Origin: the human T2T-CHM13v2.0 reference genome, Homo sapiens
Assembly (NCBI RefSeq): GCF_009914755.1
Contig: NC_060947.1
Reading direction: 5' to 3' (one strand)
Length of the DNA stretch: 64,000 nucleotides
In this document: piece after piece, positions 1 through 16,120 of the stretch
Layout: each line of letters opens with the position of its first letter
Numbering within the stretch: position 1 is the stretch's first letter
Notes under the pieces: model-generated
What the model was told of the DNA's origin: nothing
The model's input: the letters and a program-made list of their open reading frames with translations, nothing else
Database searches by the model: none
Position numbers and translations under genes: made by a program

Positions 1-1692
1 AATGCTCCCTATTCAATATAACTTCTAAGGGGGGCAGTTCTCCTACCTTATCTCATTCACTTAGCTTCAAATAATACACTGGGAAAGGATAGTGGGTGCA
101 TTTGTAGAGCTGGCAACTCTGCATTCACAGGGCTGCAACCTTGGGCGAGACTCTTTACCTCTCCCTTAGTTGCAATCTCCACATCTATAAAATTATGAGT
201 GGTAAATTTAGGGAGTGGAGAGCTAATACTTAATGAGAAGCTTCTAGGGTATGATTACAGTCCATATCTCACAGATGAGGGAAGTGAGGCTCAAAGAGTT
301 ATAAAACCCCATCCCTTTCCCCTTAGTTGAGAAACACTTGAGAAAATAGAAGGGGAAACTCTAAAAACAAGCCAAAGCACTAGCTAACACACATGCTAAA
401 TAGTATAAAGATGATAATATTGTAACAAATTACAAACCTGATGCTTCTGCTACTTGCTAACTTTTTATACCACATCAGCCCATAGCAAGGGCAGAGTGTA
501 AAATTAACAACTAAAAGGGGAAACCAGTGAGAAGGAAACACCTAAATATGTGGGAGAAGCAAAGACCACTTAATTGCAGAGATCCAAGATGCTATATTTT
601 ACTCCAGTTGAAAATGCAAATGATGCCATCATCAACTATTCCTTGGCAATATTTCTTACTATTCACAGTGCAGTTGTGTGGTCTGAAAACAATTTATACT
701 GAACAAAAACTAGTGCTTCTTTGACTGATTCTGATATTGGATTCTTCCCTTTGCCTCCCTCAAATACAATCTCTTCTATGAATACACAGTGAGTCAATCT
801 GGTATATCTTGATGGTTGAATAAGCTCTTTGATTTTTGAATTATTTTGAGATTAACTGAATTTGAAACATGGGCTGCCTGCAATGTCTTGCTGGCACAAA
901 AAGATGAGCTTTGTTATTGACAGAGAAGACTTGCAAACGACATTTTTTATCATTATTCGCCTGTGCAGAATTCGTGTTCACTTCAGCCTGGCCCAGCTGC
1001 CTGGATGAGCACTTCGAGGCCAGGTTCAAAGTGCAATTTACAATCTTCTCTCTCGACTTCTGTGACATGCTGCACAGTACAGGGTGACTCTTCAGCCTGA
1101 GAGAACAGACATATTTTTTTGCCACAATCATGAACATTGTCCATTATATTAGGGTTTTTGAGAACTTTCATGATGTCCCAAGTTGAATCAAAATGTCACT
1201 GCTTCAAGGGTTTGTATGTGAGCCCTACAATCCTGTTCTTGGTCCCAAAGGAAACTTAGCAATTTCATATCAGCCTTACGGTCTCAGTCTGTGGACTACA
1301 AGATAATCAAGCGTTCTTTATCTATTTCTTATTCTCTTAGTAACTCCCACTCTTCCTCATTTCTCCTCTTTTCTCCCTCTATTTATTCTCTTAAAACCAC
1401 ACTTTGCTATCTACTTAAAAGAATTACTTGTCTATCAACACTGCCACCTCTAACAATCTATAATCTCTTCTTTGTCTCTCACTCCTAATTTTGATGCTCT
1501 CTTCCTTTTCTTATTCCTTTTGGGCCAGCTTGTCCTATCCTTTAGTTGTTCTTCAAATTCTTTTCTCCAGTTTATCATTCCCTACTTTCATGTTAACAAA
1601 AAGTTCACTTGGCCTGTCCTATAGACATTGGCACAACACATATGAAAGCACCCATGGGATAGGCACAACAACTAGTTGGTTTATACAGTCAC

Positions 1693-2079
1693 TGTCTTAG
1701 TCTGTTTTCTATTGCTGTAACAGAATGGGCCACAGACTGGGTATTTATAAAGAAAAGAAGTTTATTTTCTCATGATTCTGGAGGCTTGGAAGTCCAAGAG
1801 CACAGTGTCATCATCTGGCAAGGGTCATCTCATGATAGATAGGTGATAAGGCAAGAAATCACATGCAAAAGAGACCACAAGAGCAAGCCAAGCTGACTTT
1901 TAAAACAACCTGCTTTCTTGGGAACTAACACACTCCCATGATAATAACATTAATTTTTTCATGAGCTCTTCACCCTCATGACCCAACCACCTCTTAAAAA
2001 CCCCACCTCTTAATATTGTTACACTGGCCATTAAGTTTCCAACATATGAATTGTTGAGGGAATCATTCAAATCATAGCA
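1693..2079 (-). mobile_element. MaLR solo LTR, MSTB-like
   Basis: Reads TGTCTTAGTC...ATCATAGCA (reverse of MST LTR termini) with typical cacagactgggtatttataaagaaaagaagttt; near-TSD gtcac (1688-1692) / gccac (2080-2084). Confidence 0.85.
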
Positions 2080-2251
2080 GCCACCTACTAGGAATTCTGC
2101 TTTAATGCATAGATAAGAATGATTTTAAATGACTATGCAGTAATTTGAAGAAGCTGGTACTTCTGAAGTGCTCACACTTTTTGCATTTCTATTATACTGA
2201 GCAAACCCTATGTACCAAATGTTTATAGGACCAGTTGTGAGGACACAATTG

Positions 2252-2372
2252 TGAAGAAAGACAAGAAAGTGAGAAAGTGAGAAAGGAAGTTAGAAAGCAA
2301 GAAAGTAAGCAAGAAAGCAAAAGAACAAGGGAAGGAAGGAAGGAAGGAAGGAAGAAAGAAGAAAGAAAGAAA

Positions 2373-2457
<85 letters not shown>

Positions 2458-2460
2458 AAA
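2252..2460 (+). repeat. Polypurine microsatellite grading from GAAAG/GGAA to pure (GAAA)n
   Basis: Direct reading; long uninterrupted GAAA run ~2375-2459. Confidence 0.98.
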
Positions 2461-4149
2461 CCAGTCAATAGGCCGCCTCATAAAAGTCCATTGGGAAGCA
2501 AGACAGCAATCAGTCAGGCAGCCTTTAAGCATGATGACAAGAAAGAGGGCAGCCCAGTTACAAACACAACAATCCGAAGACCTACTAAAACTCCAGCCCT
2601 TCCAAATCACTCCATCTTTCTCAAATTCAGAGTCAGGAAGAGCAGTGATGCCCCTGGGCAACCGACAAACAATAATCTTGCATATTCCCATAAGGCCTCT
2701 GTGCCACCACTGCTGCCCAACTAATCTGCAGACCACTGCAAAATACTTCCTCCTTATTATCTTCGCTGTCAATCCCAATAAGCCCCAAGCTGAAATAAGT
2801 GAGGAGAAATCCTCCTTCTCCACCAGTTACATTCTGCCTTTAGCTAACACGGCAGCAATTACTTATGCTCCTAGGGCTACACATAAACTCTGTAGATATG
2901 ACTATTTTTGCAATTATCTTTACCATTAGTATAATTGCAAGCAGCTTGAGGCAAGAGCTGTGTCATTTATGTATCCCCTGGTGCCTCTAACATGATGCCT
3001 ATCACACAGTAGATGCCCAATAAATATGCATTGGATTGAGTTGTATCAATCAGCACCACTATCCACATTAAATTATTCTCCTGTTTTCCACTTTATACAC
3101 TATAGACATCTGCAGCCCTTTCCTTCCATTTGGTCTTTGCTTTATTGCTAAAGACAAGAATGAAACTATCACTTTAAATCCAGTGGCCTTCCCCTTATTG
3201 AAAGCTAATCATCTACAAGGATTTTCTCTCCCACTGATACCATATGAGGAAACAATTAGCAATATTTTTTCTGATGCCAGCAAATGACCTCAGTATTAAT
3301 CTTATCAGGCTTGCCTCTTTGAGGAGTTTATTCAGAAATCAATTCAGATTACATTATAAATCAAAAAGAAGAAAAAAAAGCAATTCCTAGCTTTCTATTC
3401 TACCAATGCGAATATATCAGTTAGGTAATATTCTGATTAAAATGTCAGGACTATGTCACAAATGTTCTATTCTAATTTTCTTTTTCAGCTGTATACTTAA
3501 TTTGCTAATCTGTTGAAATCATTTGTTCCAATAACTGCTTCTGTATTTCCTGTCTGTTTCCCCGATCATAATTTCACATATTCTATTCCTCCAGGATACT
3601 GGACACATAGAACATTATCTTCATTCTTGCCTATGTGCTTGCCACCCAATAATGAGTACACTTTCAAAATTCAAACTCAGTTCCTAAATTAGGCAGTTCA
3701 TTAAACATATCCATTGGAAACTCCATTTTCTTCATCTTCCTTTCAGTAAGTTTTCTTTGAATTTTTGGGGCACGATCATTTTTTAATTTTTTGAGAAAAT
3801 GTTTCTCAGAGTTTGTCACTAACTCAGAATAAGTTATAATTGGTATTTTGTTGACATGAACATGTCAACTTCTTCCCAGCTTAAGGCAAAAGATAAATAC
3901 TTTTTAAAGCCAAAATAATTCTTTTTTGCCCTATTTGTAAACCAGCAGGTATAGAGGACAGCATTGCTGTAGGACAATAATAGATAAAATAGGTATCACT
4001 TTTTAAATTCTTACTATATGCTAGGAACTATTGTAAGTGCTTTATATATGGTATGAATGATCTAGCTCAAGCATGAAGAAGAAAATCTACATGGGAAAAA
4101 AGATGAGGGATAACAATAATTATTATACTATAAAAATAATAACAACAAT

Positions 4150-4405
4150 AATAATACTTCTTGAGCATTTACTATGTGCGAAGCATTGTTCTAAGTATTT
4201 TGTATGAATTATCTCAGGTAATCCTCACAACAACCCTATAAAGTAGGAACTATTATTATTCCCATTTTACACATGTGAAAAGCAACCCTTTGAGATATTA
4301 AGTGACTTGCTCAAAAGGTTACAGATAGAGAGTGGTGAAATCAGGATTCAAAGCTAGACCTATATGATTCCAAAACCTAAATAAACTCCTACCCATTCCA
4401 CTACA
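4150..4405 (-). mobile_element. MIR SINE
   Basis: Reverse MIR core: ttgagcatttactatgtg...aatcctcacaacaaccctat...cccattttacacatg...aagtgacttgctcaa; boundaries approximate. Confidence 0.85.
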
Positions 4406-4544
4406 TTGCTTCCCTTTTAGGAGAGCTTTCATTTCATCCTGAATCTGACTGTGTTGATTCAAATAAGACAATATGTAGAAAATAACTTTATAAACAGTAC
4501 AATGCTATAGAAATAGAAGTGGTTATTGTGATTATTAATTTTTT

Positions 4545-6100
4545 TAAACATTTATTGAGTTACTGTATAGACACTATAGATGGTGTTGGATGCAGAGGAT
4601 ACAGCTGTGAGCAAGACAGGCATGGCCTGTAACCTTAAGGAGCACACAGTCTAGGGGATGAGCAGATATATAAACAAAGAATTACAACAATATGGGGAAG
4701 GCAAAATGAGAGATGTATACACAATCATTATGGTATTATGGGACCACACAGGAGATATTAGCCAACCTTGGTAGTGGAGAGGGCAGACGGACTATTTCCT
4801 AAAGAAGACAGGCCTGGCCAGACACGGTGGCTCACGCCTGTAATCCCGCACTTTCGAAGGCCAAGGCGGGTGAATCACTTGAGGTCAGGAGTTCCAGACC
4901 AGCCTGGCCAACATGGTGAAACCCCGTCTCTACTAAAAATACAAAAAATTAGCTTGGCGGGGTGGCAGGCACAGTGGTGGGCACCTGTAATCCCAGCTAC
5001 TCAGGAGGTTGAGGCAGGAGAATCTCTTGAACCCGGGAGGCGGATGTTGCAGCGAGCCAAGGTCGTGCGCCATTGCACTCCAACCTGGGCAACAAGAGCG
5101 AAACTCCATCTCAAAAAAATAAATAAATAAAAATAAAAATAAAAAAGAAGATAGACCTAAGCTGAATCTTAAAGATCCGTCAAATCATACAGATCAATTA
5201 GGTATAGGGAGAGAAAGGCATTCTAGACTAAGTGGTAGTATATGCAAAGTAGAAAAGCAAGAAATGGCATGGCATAAGGAAGGAATAAAATACATTTCTA
5301 AGGTAAAGCTGGAAAAGTAGGCAGGATACAGACTTGGAGGGCCTTATATGTCATATGAATTATGTTTAGCTTTATTCAGTAGGTAACAGGGAAGCTTTGC
5401 ACAGTTTTAACCAAATAAATGACAAGGTCAGATTTCATAACAGAAAGGTCTGCCTGGTAGTTGCATGGAGAATGTACTGAAGGGGAGAATATCAGAGGTC
5501 TATTGGGAAACTACTATCAGTTCAGAAGTTAAAATGAGAGACCGTTAGTAGGGATAGAGTAGAAAGGACAGATGCAAGAAATATTTAGAAGAGAAAGCCA
5601 ACTAGATAGTGATTTATTAGATGTAGAAAGTTAAATGAAGAAAGGAGTATAATACGACTTTTCAACTGGGTAACAAAACAGGACATCAGAAGAAGGAACA
5701 GATTTGATGGGAAGGAATGATGAGCTCCATTTTGGACATATAGAGTTTGAATTGCCTGTGAGAGATCCCACTGAAGATACTGGCAGGCCATCAAATATAT
5801 AAGGCTGACATTTCAGGGAGATGTTGGGGCTAAAAATATAGATCTGGGAATCATCATCACATAGATTATGAGTGGACAATGCCTGGTGAGAGGGCTGACT
5901 TTTGCAAGTGGAGTTTCTGTGGATAATGACAGCAGAAGCCAATTTACAACAGAATGAAGAGGGAATAGAGGTGTGAAGGTGGAGACAATAAGTGTAATCT
6001 ACTTAAGAAGTTAGGATGAGAAGAAAAAGAATGAAAGAATAGGACTGTGGAAATCAAGGAAGAGATTTTATTTGTTTTTAGAATAGGAAAGATTTATGTT
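4545..6100 (-). mobile_element. L2 LINE remnant, interrupted by an Alu
   Basis: Begins with the reverse L2 3' end aaacatttattgag; L2-like tttggacatatagagtttgaattgcctgtgaga further on; boundaries approximate. Confidence 0.75.
4816..5143 (+). mobile_element. Alu (AluSq-like), full length, with internal 12-bp duplication
   Basis: Both monomers and an A-rich tail; aacaagagcgaaactcc 3' end; TSD aaagaagacaggcct (4801-4815) / aaagaagatagacct (5144-5158). Confidence 0.95.
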
Positions 6101-7229
6101 AAATGTTACTTACAATCTCTTTCAAGGTCACCATTAAGATGGAAGCTTATTGGCAATGGGCCAGTCAGATCCCTAGTAGTAGATCGTAGGAAAGAAGCCT
6201 ATGTCCCCAATATTCTGAGAAATTTAGTAATGATAATTCTGAAAGATGAAGTTGACAGAAAGGGAGAGTAATTATTTATGAATAAGACAAACAAATTGGT
6301 GATCCACTTATTGGTAATTTTGGATTGCTAATAAACGTTTAACAAAAGGGGGTTCAATAACTCAACATCACTTTAAGCCAAAAAATATTTTAAAGCTGTC
6401 TGTAGCTGCTCATAAATTGAATTTTGTAGCATGTGATTGACTTCCTGCCAAGAACATTTGCTTGTTCCAACTTAGTCTGCTTTATCTAGATACAGTAATT
6501 ATTTCATTTTGGCAAAGACACTTATTTGAAATCAACACATACCAACCCCCATATTTTACCCCTTCTGAGTTGTCTTCATCCCCCATTGTCTGCCTAATAA
6601 GTCTGTTAATGAAAAGGTCTCTACAGTAAAGGCCTTCCAGAAAACATTTGTCTCCAGATAGAGGCTCACTAGAGGGGAGCCATAGTACTGGTCACACTGG
6701 GTCTGGTACCCAGAGAGCAAAGGGTGATTCAGCCAAGCATCTAATCTACCTGCAAGAAGATGGTAACTGCTGCTCTTCCAAACCCCATCCCAGGTTCTGA
6801 GCCTAGTCACATCAGGTCACATAAATGGGGCAGACAGTATTGGAAGGACTGTAGCAAGCCATACCACCTTGATATAGTTTCGATCATTTGTTGTCACAAG
6901 TTAACAGTCATTTCTGCATCCATCTCCTGACCTCATGGAGCAGGTTCCAGATAAGAGTACAGCTTGCCTGATCAGAGGACTATCTCTTAGTATTCACAAA
7001 CCCCCAAATTACCAAATGACACCTTTTGGTTCCATGCAGAAAAGAGGAGGGTGCTCTTCTCCCCAGGTGTGTATTGTATTTTATCAGCTGGACCCAAAAC
7101 AGAATTATTAGTATTCGGTCTCACAAAGATGCTTCTAAAAACAACTTCAGCTTCTGTCTGTAGTTTTTAGGTACATAGGGGCTAAGAAAACCAGTCCATG
7201 GGATCAGTAAGGGCAACAGACCCCATAAT

Positions 7230-7470
7230 TGCATTAGCTAACATATTTTGAGGTAATTATCAGACACTGCTTTAAATGTTTTGTATATATTGATAGATTT
7301 AATTTTTTTCTATAACCCAATGAAGTTAGTACTTATCTGCATTTTTCATGTAAGGAAAGGCAGTCACAGAAAGGTTAGATAACTTGCCCAAGATCACTTA
7401 GCAAGTAAGTGGCAGAGTCAGTATTTGAATCCAGGTAGCTTGACTTTAGAATCTATGCTCTTAGTTGAAA
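7230..7470 (-). mobile_element. MIR SINE
   Basis: cacagaaaggttagataacttgcccaagatcac...agtaagtggcagagtcagtatttgaatccagg is reverse MIR core. Confidence 0.85.
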
Positions 7471-8350
7471 TGATCTATTGCCTTTCTGGGCATACTGCCC
7501 TTGCCATTAACTATTCTCTATCTCTGATCCCTAGTCACCTAAACACAGCAGCCTACTTCTCTTAGGTCTCTTTCCTGTTAGATGCTTCAGTTAATGTAGT
7601 TTGATACTGTGTGAGCCACTGATACAGCACACAGCTAGATTATGAATCCAAGATCAGGCTTAGCTAGGATATCCTGCTATACTTAATTGAGATAACGTAT
7701 ATAAAGAACCCCAAAGCAATGTTTGGTAAATAGCAAGCACTCAAACATATTCATTTTTTAGATTTTTAAAAACAACCAAAAAAGAACCATCCAGTGCCCA
7801 GGCAGGCCAAAAAAGAAGATAGCTAATCAGTCTAGAATTATGATTTCAAGGAGTTGAGAGGAAGAGGGCAATCAGGTCATTCTAGGTGGTCCCTTTTACT
7901 TTTGTTTCAACTCCTCCCTACTCATCCACACACAAATAGTGCCATGGGTAAGGGCAATCTGAGCCTTTCCCAGGCCTGAAGCTCAATCTATGTTCCCTTA
8001 AGAAGATTCAATGGAGCAACAGGAAATTTGCACAGAGAAAGAAGGTGGGGAGAGAGAAGAAAATTGACCCAATCAGTAACAAGAACTCTTCTGTTATACA
8101 AAGCAAGCCTCCATAACTACCCTCTTGTAGGGTTAAAATAATGAAACCTCAGCTTTACCAATCATTCACATCTTAATAGGAATGATCCTTTCCAAAAGGT
8201 GAGCTCACTATAGGTTGGTTTCCCTGAAAAGTAGTCAATAGCTGGGGGACCTGATGACCTAAGGTTGAAAGAGAAAGAGCAATAAAAACAATCTTCCCAA
8301 GCTTCATAATTTTGTCTAATGCTTGGTACGCAATTGGCTCCTACCACAAG

Positions 8351-8599
8351 TAGGGCCAACATATCCATTAGGCATAGTAGGTACAGGGCCTGGGATCCAC
8401 AAAAAAAATGTTTTGCTTTGCTCTAAAATAAGAATAAATAATTAACTCTGAGGTAGAAAAAAGTGTTTTAATATATAATATCAATATATTCATTCTTATA
8501 CCAATACAATTATAAAATATAATTTTAACATTCTTATGGAAGAATAGGTAAATGAAGGCAAAAATGCCTAGGGCTCATAAAAGTCATAATATGGCCCTG
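8351..8599. mobile_element. Old non-autonomous hAT-type DNA transposon (Tip100 group suspected)
   Basis: Terminal inverted repeats tagggcca...tggccctg around an AT-rich interior; family name from memory only. Confidence 0.5.
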
Positions 8600-8604
8600 G
8601 TCCC

Positions 8605-9035
8605 AGGTTATGTTTCCATGGAAGTAGATACCGAGAAAGGGTTTAGCGTCCAGGATGGTTATTAAGGAGTACCTGCAGTGGCAGCACTTGTTGAAGAGAA
8701 AGAAAGGAAGCTGAAAGGAACAGAAGGAAATGTCAAGCTGCACTGCAAGCTAAAGGACAGACTTGGCCAACCCCACAGGGAGCTCTGGAGCTAGAATGGC
8801 CCTTCAGAGTCGTTGCAGGTCGGGCTGGGATGATCAGGCCTTTTTATCCCCCACCTTGGATATGGATGCTCCAAGAAGTAGTGTGGCCTAGGGTGAAGTG
8901 ACCCCGTGCAGCTGACGTAAACCTTGAAGGGACTGGCAGCTGGAGGCTGTCTGTTAACCTGATTCTCAGTACCTGTGCAGCATAGTCCCTCCTTGAAGAA
9001 GGAACTGACTGGTGCCTCATACCATCCCCCTGTAT
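8605..9035. mobile_element. Old ERVL-type LTR (LTR33/LTR41-like)
   Basis: Motif ggccaaccccacagggagctctggagctagaatggcccttcagag resembles ancient ERVL LTRs; boundaries approximate. Confidence 0.5.
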
Positions 9036-10562
9036 CTATTATACTCACTGTGGAGGAAGAGCCTTCAGTGGGAAGGAATCAACACCAACTACCTCTGCTG
9101 GCTGAAAGCAGGGCCCAGTGGCATTATAGCCCCATTTCCTTCCAATCTGTTAAGAACAGCCACAGGAAAGACATCATAAATTACATCAAATACATTATGT
9201 AGAGCATTTATTTTTATCTTAGTCTACAGCCCTTGAGTTATTTTTATCACCTTTTAAAAAAGAAAATTCAGCTCTCCCTGGCCATCTCATCAATTTGTCA
9301 GGTTTGAATTCTGAAATCTATATATCCATATAAAATTTAACCCGTCCAAGCATATTTTTATCCCCACATAAAATTTATGTCAGCAGTGTTTTGCCAATAT
9401 GGCTACCATAAAAGTTTTGTTTAGACCAAGAGAGTGAGCTCTATATGTCGTGGATAACAATTTCCTTGGTGCAGAACAGTCAATAATATAAGTTATAGGA
9501 TAGAGTGCCTGGATGACTGCCTTGTGTACACTTTTACTAGCATAAACGTGTTCATCTTCTGATTAGATACAAAATGGGCCAGGTACCATCTTATCTACAG
9601 TTCGTTTCCCACACCTATATTGCATAGGTAGCAAGACCCAGAGAAGGGAAGAAAATCAGCATCAACCCAAATAGAAGAGTTAGTTGAATAAAACCTATTT
9701 GAGAAAAGGAAAAGACAGAAGAGGAGGGGTTGCACTTGGGAATAATGGACTAAAGTGGAGGTTTTAGGAAATACTACCTATTGATTTCTCACTCACAAGT
9801 GGTGCAAGCGAGATCTTTACTAGATTTTTAAAAATTATTATTATTATTATAACGATCATTTGAGGGAAGAAACAATAACATAGAAATGCTTATTTTCTTC
9901 TTTAGCAAAATGTCCATTACTTCCCACTTGGCTCCTCTTCTCCCTAGATTTGATTATTCAGAGATAACTTATGAAAGGCAATTTCAAACTCTGTATAGTA
10001 CCTTGCTCATTTTCCCAAGTAGTTCTTTTAATGGGTTTTGCACATCCTGGGTTTCAGATTATGTAATCTTAGGCGAACTCCATGATCTGACTCTAGCAAT
10101 TGACAGATACAGATTTGATTATCCAATCATGAATGGCTAGGGAAAGCTTTCATTCTTCTTTCAAACCCATAATTGCCTGAGCTTTCCTTTGCAGCTGCCT
10201 GCCTCTCGGCAACCCAGTTGGGTTTCATTTTGCAGACTGCTAATTCCTAATCACAAACTCCACTTTTTGTGATGGGGAAAACAACCATGCAGCACCAAAA
10301 CAACAACAAGGACCATTCTTTTCTAACATAGAAATTTGTCCAAATACCAAATCCTATTTCTGCATCACAAAGGCCATCTCTATCTGGACTTTGCATGGCC
10401 CACATATTCTATATTAAGGAAATTCACTATGAGAAAATCTAGATTTATAAAGTATTGGGGTAGGGATTATTTGAATAGACATAGGTAAGAGGGTGGAAAT
10501 ACACAGGAAATATCAATTCATGTATTTGCTTTAAATAAAGGATTTCATAATGGTCCTCTTGA

Positions 10563-12869
<2,307 letters not shown>

Positions 12870-13844
12870 AATATAGTGAGCTGTAACCAGCTCACTACCC
12901 AACCCAGGAGATATCACTGTTTAAGAAGATATTTGCAGTTTCTCAGACAGTAGAAATGATAACCATGTATGCTCTCCCAAAGACTGGATTTTCTACAATG
13001 TTTATTCAAATTCCAAGATAATATAACAATATTCAGCTGTCATAGCCTATGTAAAGGAACAAACAAGAGACAGAGATTTTTCAGATCTGCTGATTCACTA
13101 AATTAATGTTTTTATGACCCTTAAGATAAGGTTGGCTAGTTTCTTTCCTAGTTGTAAAACTACAAAGATTGATAAGATAAACTTGATGCTTAACCTTGAC
13201 ATTTGTAAGAATAAGTTAAGTTTGAAGCTTGTCAAAATATTGACAGTTCCTCTTTAAAAATGAATTGCCTAGAATATTAAATGGTGTTTTATGTACTGGT
13301 GCATTCAATTTGGTTTTGCAATATTGTAAAAATTATTAAACACAGTGTTAGAGTTTTAAGGACAAAAAACATTTCAGTCTTTATTCTGAAGTTGGATTCT
13401 GAATCCCTGAGGGTGACACCTCTTGAGAAATCTTTCCAGTTATAAAGGTCTTAAAGGCTCCATTAATAACACTGCTTTGAAAGCATAAAACATCTTCCTC
13501 TTGACCTTGAACCTCAGACTCTCAAAAAATTGTTAAATTGTGCTGTGACTATGGCCCTTTTGAAGATTCATTATATGGGGAAATGGAAAGGGGACCTCTT
13601 GGCTTCAAAAATTAGAGACCCAGTAAGAAGCTTTATTATAGCCTTTTTTATTATATAGTTCAGTAGAAGAAGCAAGCTCATCATAGAAGAGACAGCATTG
13701 GAGGACCAGTGCCAGTGCTGACAAACCAGATGATTATTGATGGCAGTGCTCCAGAGTGTTAAAGCCAAAATGAAAGCAAGGAATGTAGGCCTCTGGGATG
13801 TGGATGGGAGAGCTTTGAACCAATCTAATGTTTATTTTATTGTG

Positions 13845-14016
13845 ATACTTGAATCACTGCATCAAAATCACCTGGGTAGTTGTTACAAAAGCAGATAACT
13901 GGGCCACACTCCAAACCTACTAAACCAGAATCTCTATGGAACAGATACCTTGGAAACTGTGTTTTTAGCAATCACCCCAGGGGATTATTATGTACAATGA
14001 AGTTTGGGAACCACTA
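13845..14016. mobile_element. MER5-type (hAT-Charlie) DNA transposon
   Basis: gcatcaaaatcacctggg...ccaaacctactaaaccagaatctct...aagtttgggaaccact. Confidence 0.8.
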
Positions 14017-15149
14017 AATTAATGCTTCTGAAAGTGGGCTAACACCGTAAGATATAGATCTTTTAAGGACTCTTTGCATTTGAATAAAGACTTTATTGTC
14101 TCATAGATCAAACCCTGAAAATGGCAGCCTAAACTGTAGAAACACATTTGAATATACACAGGAGTTTGGAAGAAACTTCAGCACCACAAGTTTTCTTCTC
14201 CTCATTGACAGAGGCTATATATTGCCCAGTGTATTTTTAAATGCTTCTGCCCATTTCAGCAAATACACTCAGGACTGTGACTGAAAGTAGCCACCCCATG
14301 ACCCTGGCCTCACTCAATCACCTAGTGGTCACCTGTGAAAACTTGACGAAATGGATATTGGAAAGTGAGGGCTTAGGATCATTTATAATTTCTGGTTAAC
14401 TATACAGATTAAGAAAGAATTTGGATTCAACCCCCAATATGGAAAATCATCCTAAAATGATTCCCTCTTTTTGTATCTGAAAAAGTTTAGCTGGTGAAAC
14501 ATAGCAGAATTCCTCTTTGAGTACCCACAAATCTGTTGCACCTCAGGGTCTCCTGAACATACAGCACAACATGATATCTACAGTAATGATAAGACACTGG
14601 GCTAAATGTATTCTAGCCCAGTGAATTCCATGAAAATGTAGTTGTGGAATTTATTTTAATTCTTAAAATTCTGATGTTTTATATCCTCTATCTCAGCCTA
14701 TTTTATTAACATTTACCTCTTTTTCCTCAAAGTGGGTTGGGGACAGGGTGATGGAAAGGGGAAGATTCAGCGCAGACATTTCTATACTTGTGGGTTCTAA
14801 GTAATTGGGTTCCAGTTAAAGAGGGACCTCTCTGTATTTGAGACATTGCAGCTATCCTATCACATTTTTCCAGAATTTCTTAAAAGTTACACCTCCTTCC
14901 CTGGGGTATGAATTACACACAAATGTCTTTGAATATATTTGAAAAACACTAGGGTATACAAAGTTAACTACTTTCTTTTCTGTGGAACTTGCAAGAGCCT
15001 TTACTACCTTAATCTTCATTTAGAATCTCTGAGATAAAAATATAGCATTCAGTAGCTCACAAAAATTATATAACTGGAGATTACCTTCTTCATAGTGCAT
15101 CTTATGTGACTATTTTTTCACTCCCACTCACATACCACCAAAACACCGA

Positions 15150-15440
15150 AACAAGCTCTGCTTAAATGTTACTTAAGCAGAGAGACTATCCGGACCATTT
15201 TACCTAAGGTAGCCCCCAATACCACTTCATCACTCTATCCCTTTAATCATCTTTATTTGTCCCCAGTACCTGATAAAAATGTGGTCTTTCTTTTGTCTGT
15301 TTTTGTTATCTCCCTTACTAAAATATAAGCTCTAGAAGAGCAGGGGATATTTTCCTTTGATATAAATGCTATATTTCTAGTATCTAGAACAGAGCCTAGC
15401 ATATAGAAGGCACCTAATCAAAATTCGTTGAAGGAATAAG
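15150..15440 (+). mobile_element. L2 3' end
   Basis: ataagctctagaagagcagggat...tctagaacagagcctagcatatagaaggcacct...ttgaaggaat. Confidence 0.75.
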
Positions 15441-15775
15441 CAGACAAAGCATCTGACGCAACTTTCTTTTGGTCATTTATACCAAGAAACATTAACCTTG
15501 AGGCCAAGTGAACATCACTGCTCAATATCATCCAGAGAAGAATATATATCTGCAAATTATTTTAAGGGATAGAGGTAGCCTTTCCTAACTCCTCTGTGGG
15601 CAGATCTGAACTAAACTTTTCTGAAATGTCAGTTGAATTACCACATTTTCCCAAGTCATACCTTTGAGTTTTATTTTATTCTAAAAAGTTGCCTGAAGTA
15701 TTTTTGTGTCTTACATCCTGGTAGAAAATATGACAATAGAATATTTCTATGTTTTGCAACAGAATAACAAATTGA

Positions 15776-16120
<345 letters not shown>

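Noticed and set aside
841-1171. Two minus-strand ORFs behind a ttctctcag acceptor (1097)
   Set aside because: No recognisable protein similarity and no canonical GT donor found; may be a non-coding unique island but not supportable as CDS.
2223-2823. ORFs with FFLS and KKER repeats
   Set aside because: Translations of the (GAAA)n tract.
14177-14195. REST/NRSE-like ttcagcacca
   Set aside because: Left half-site only; the GGACAG half is absent.
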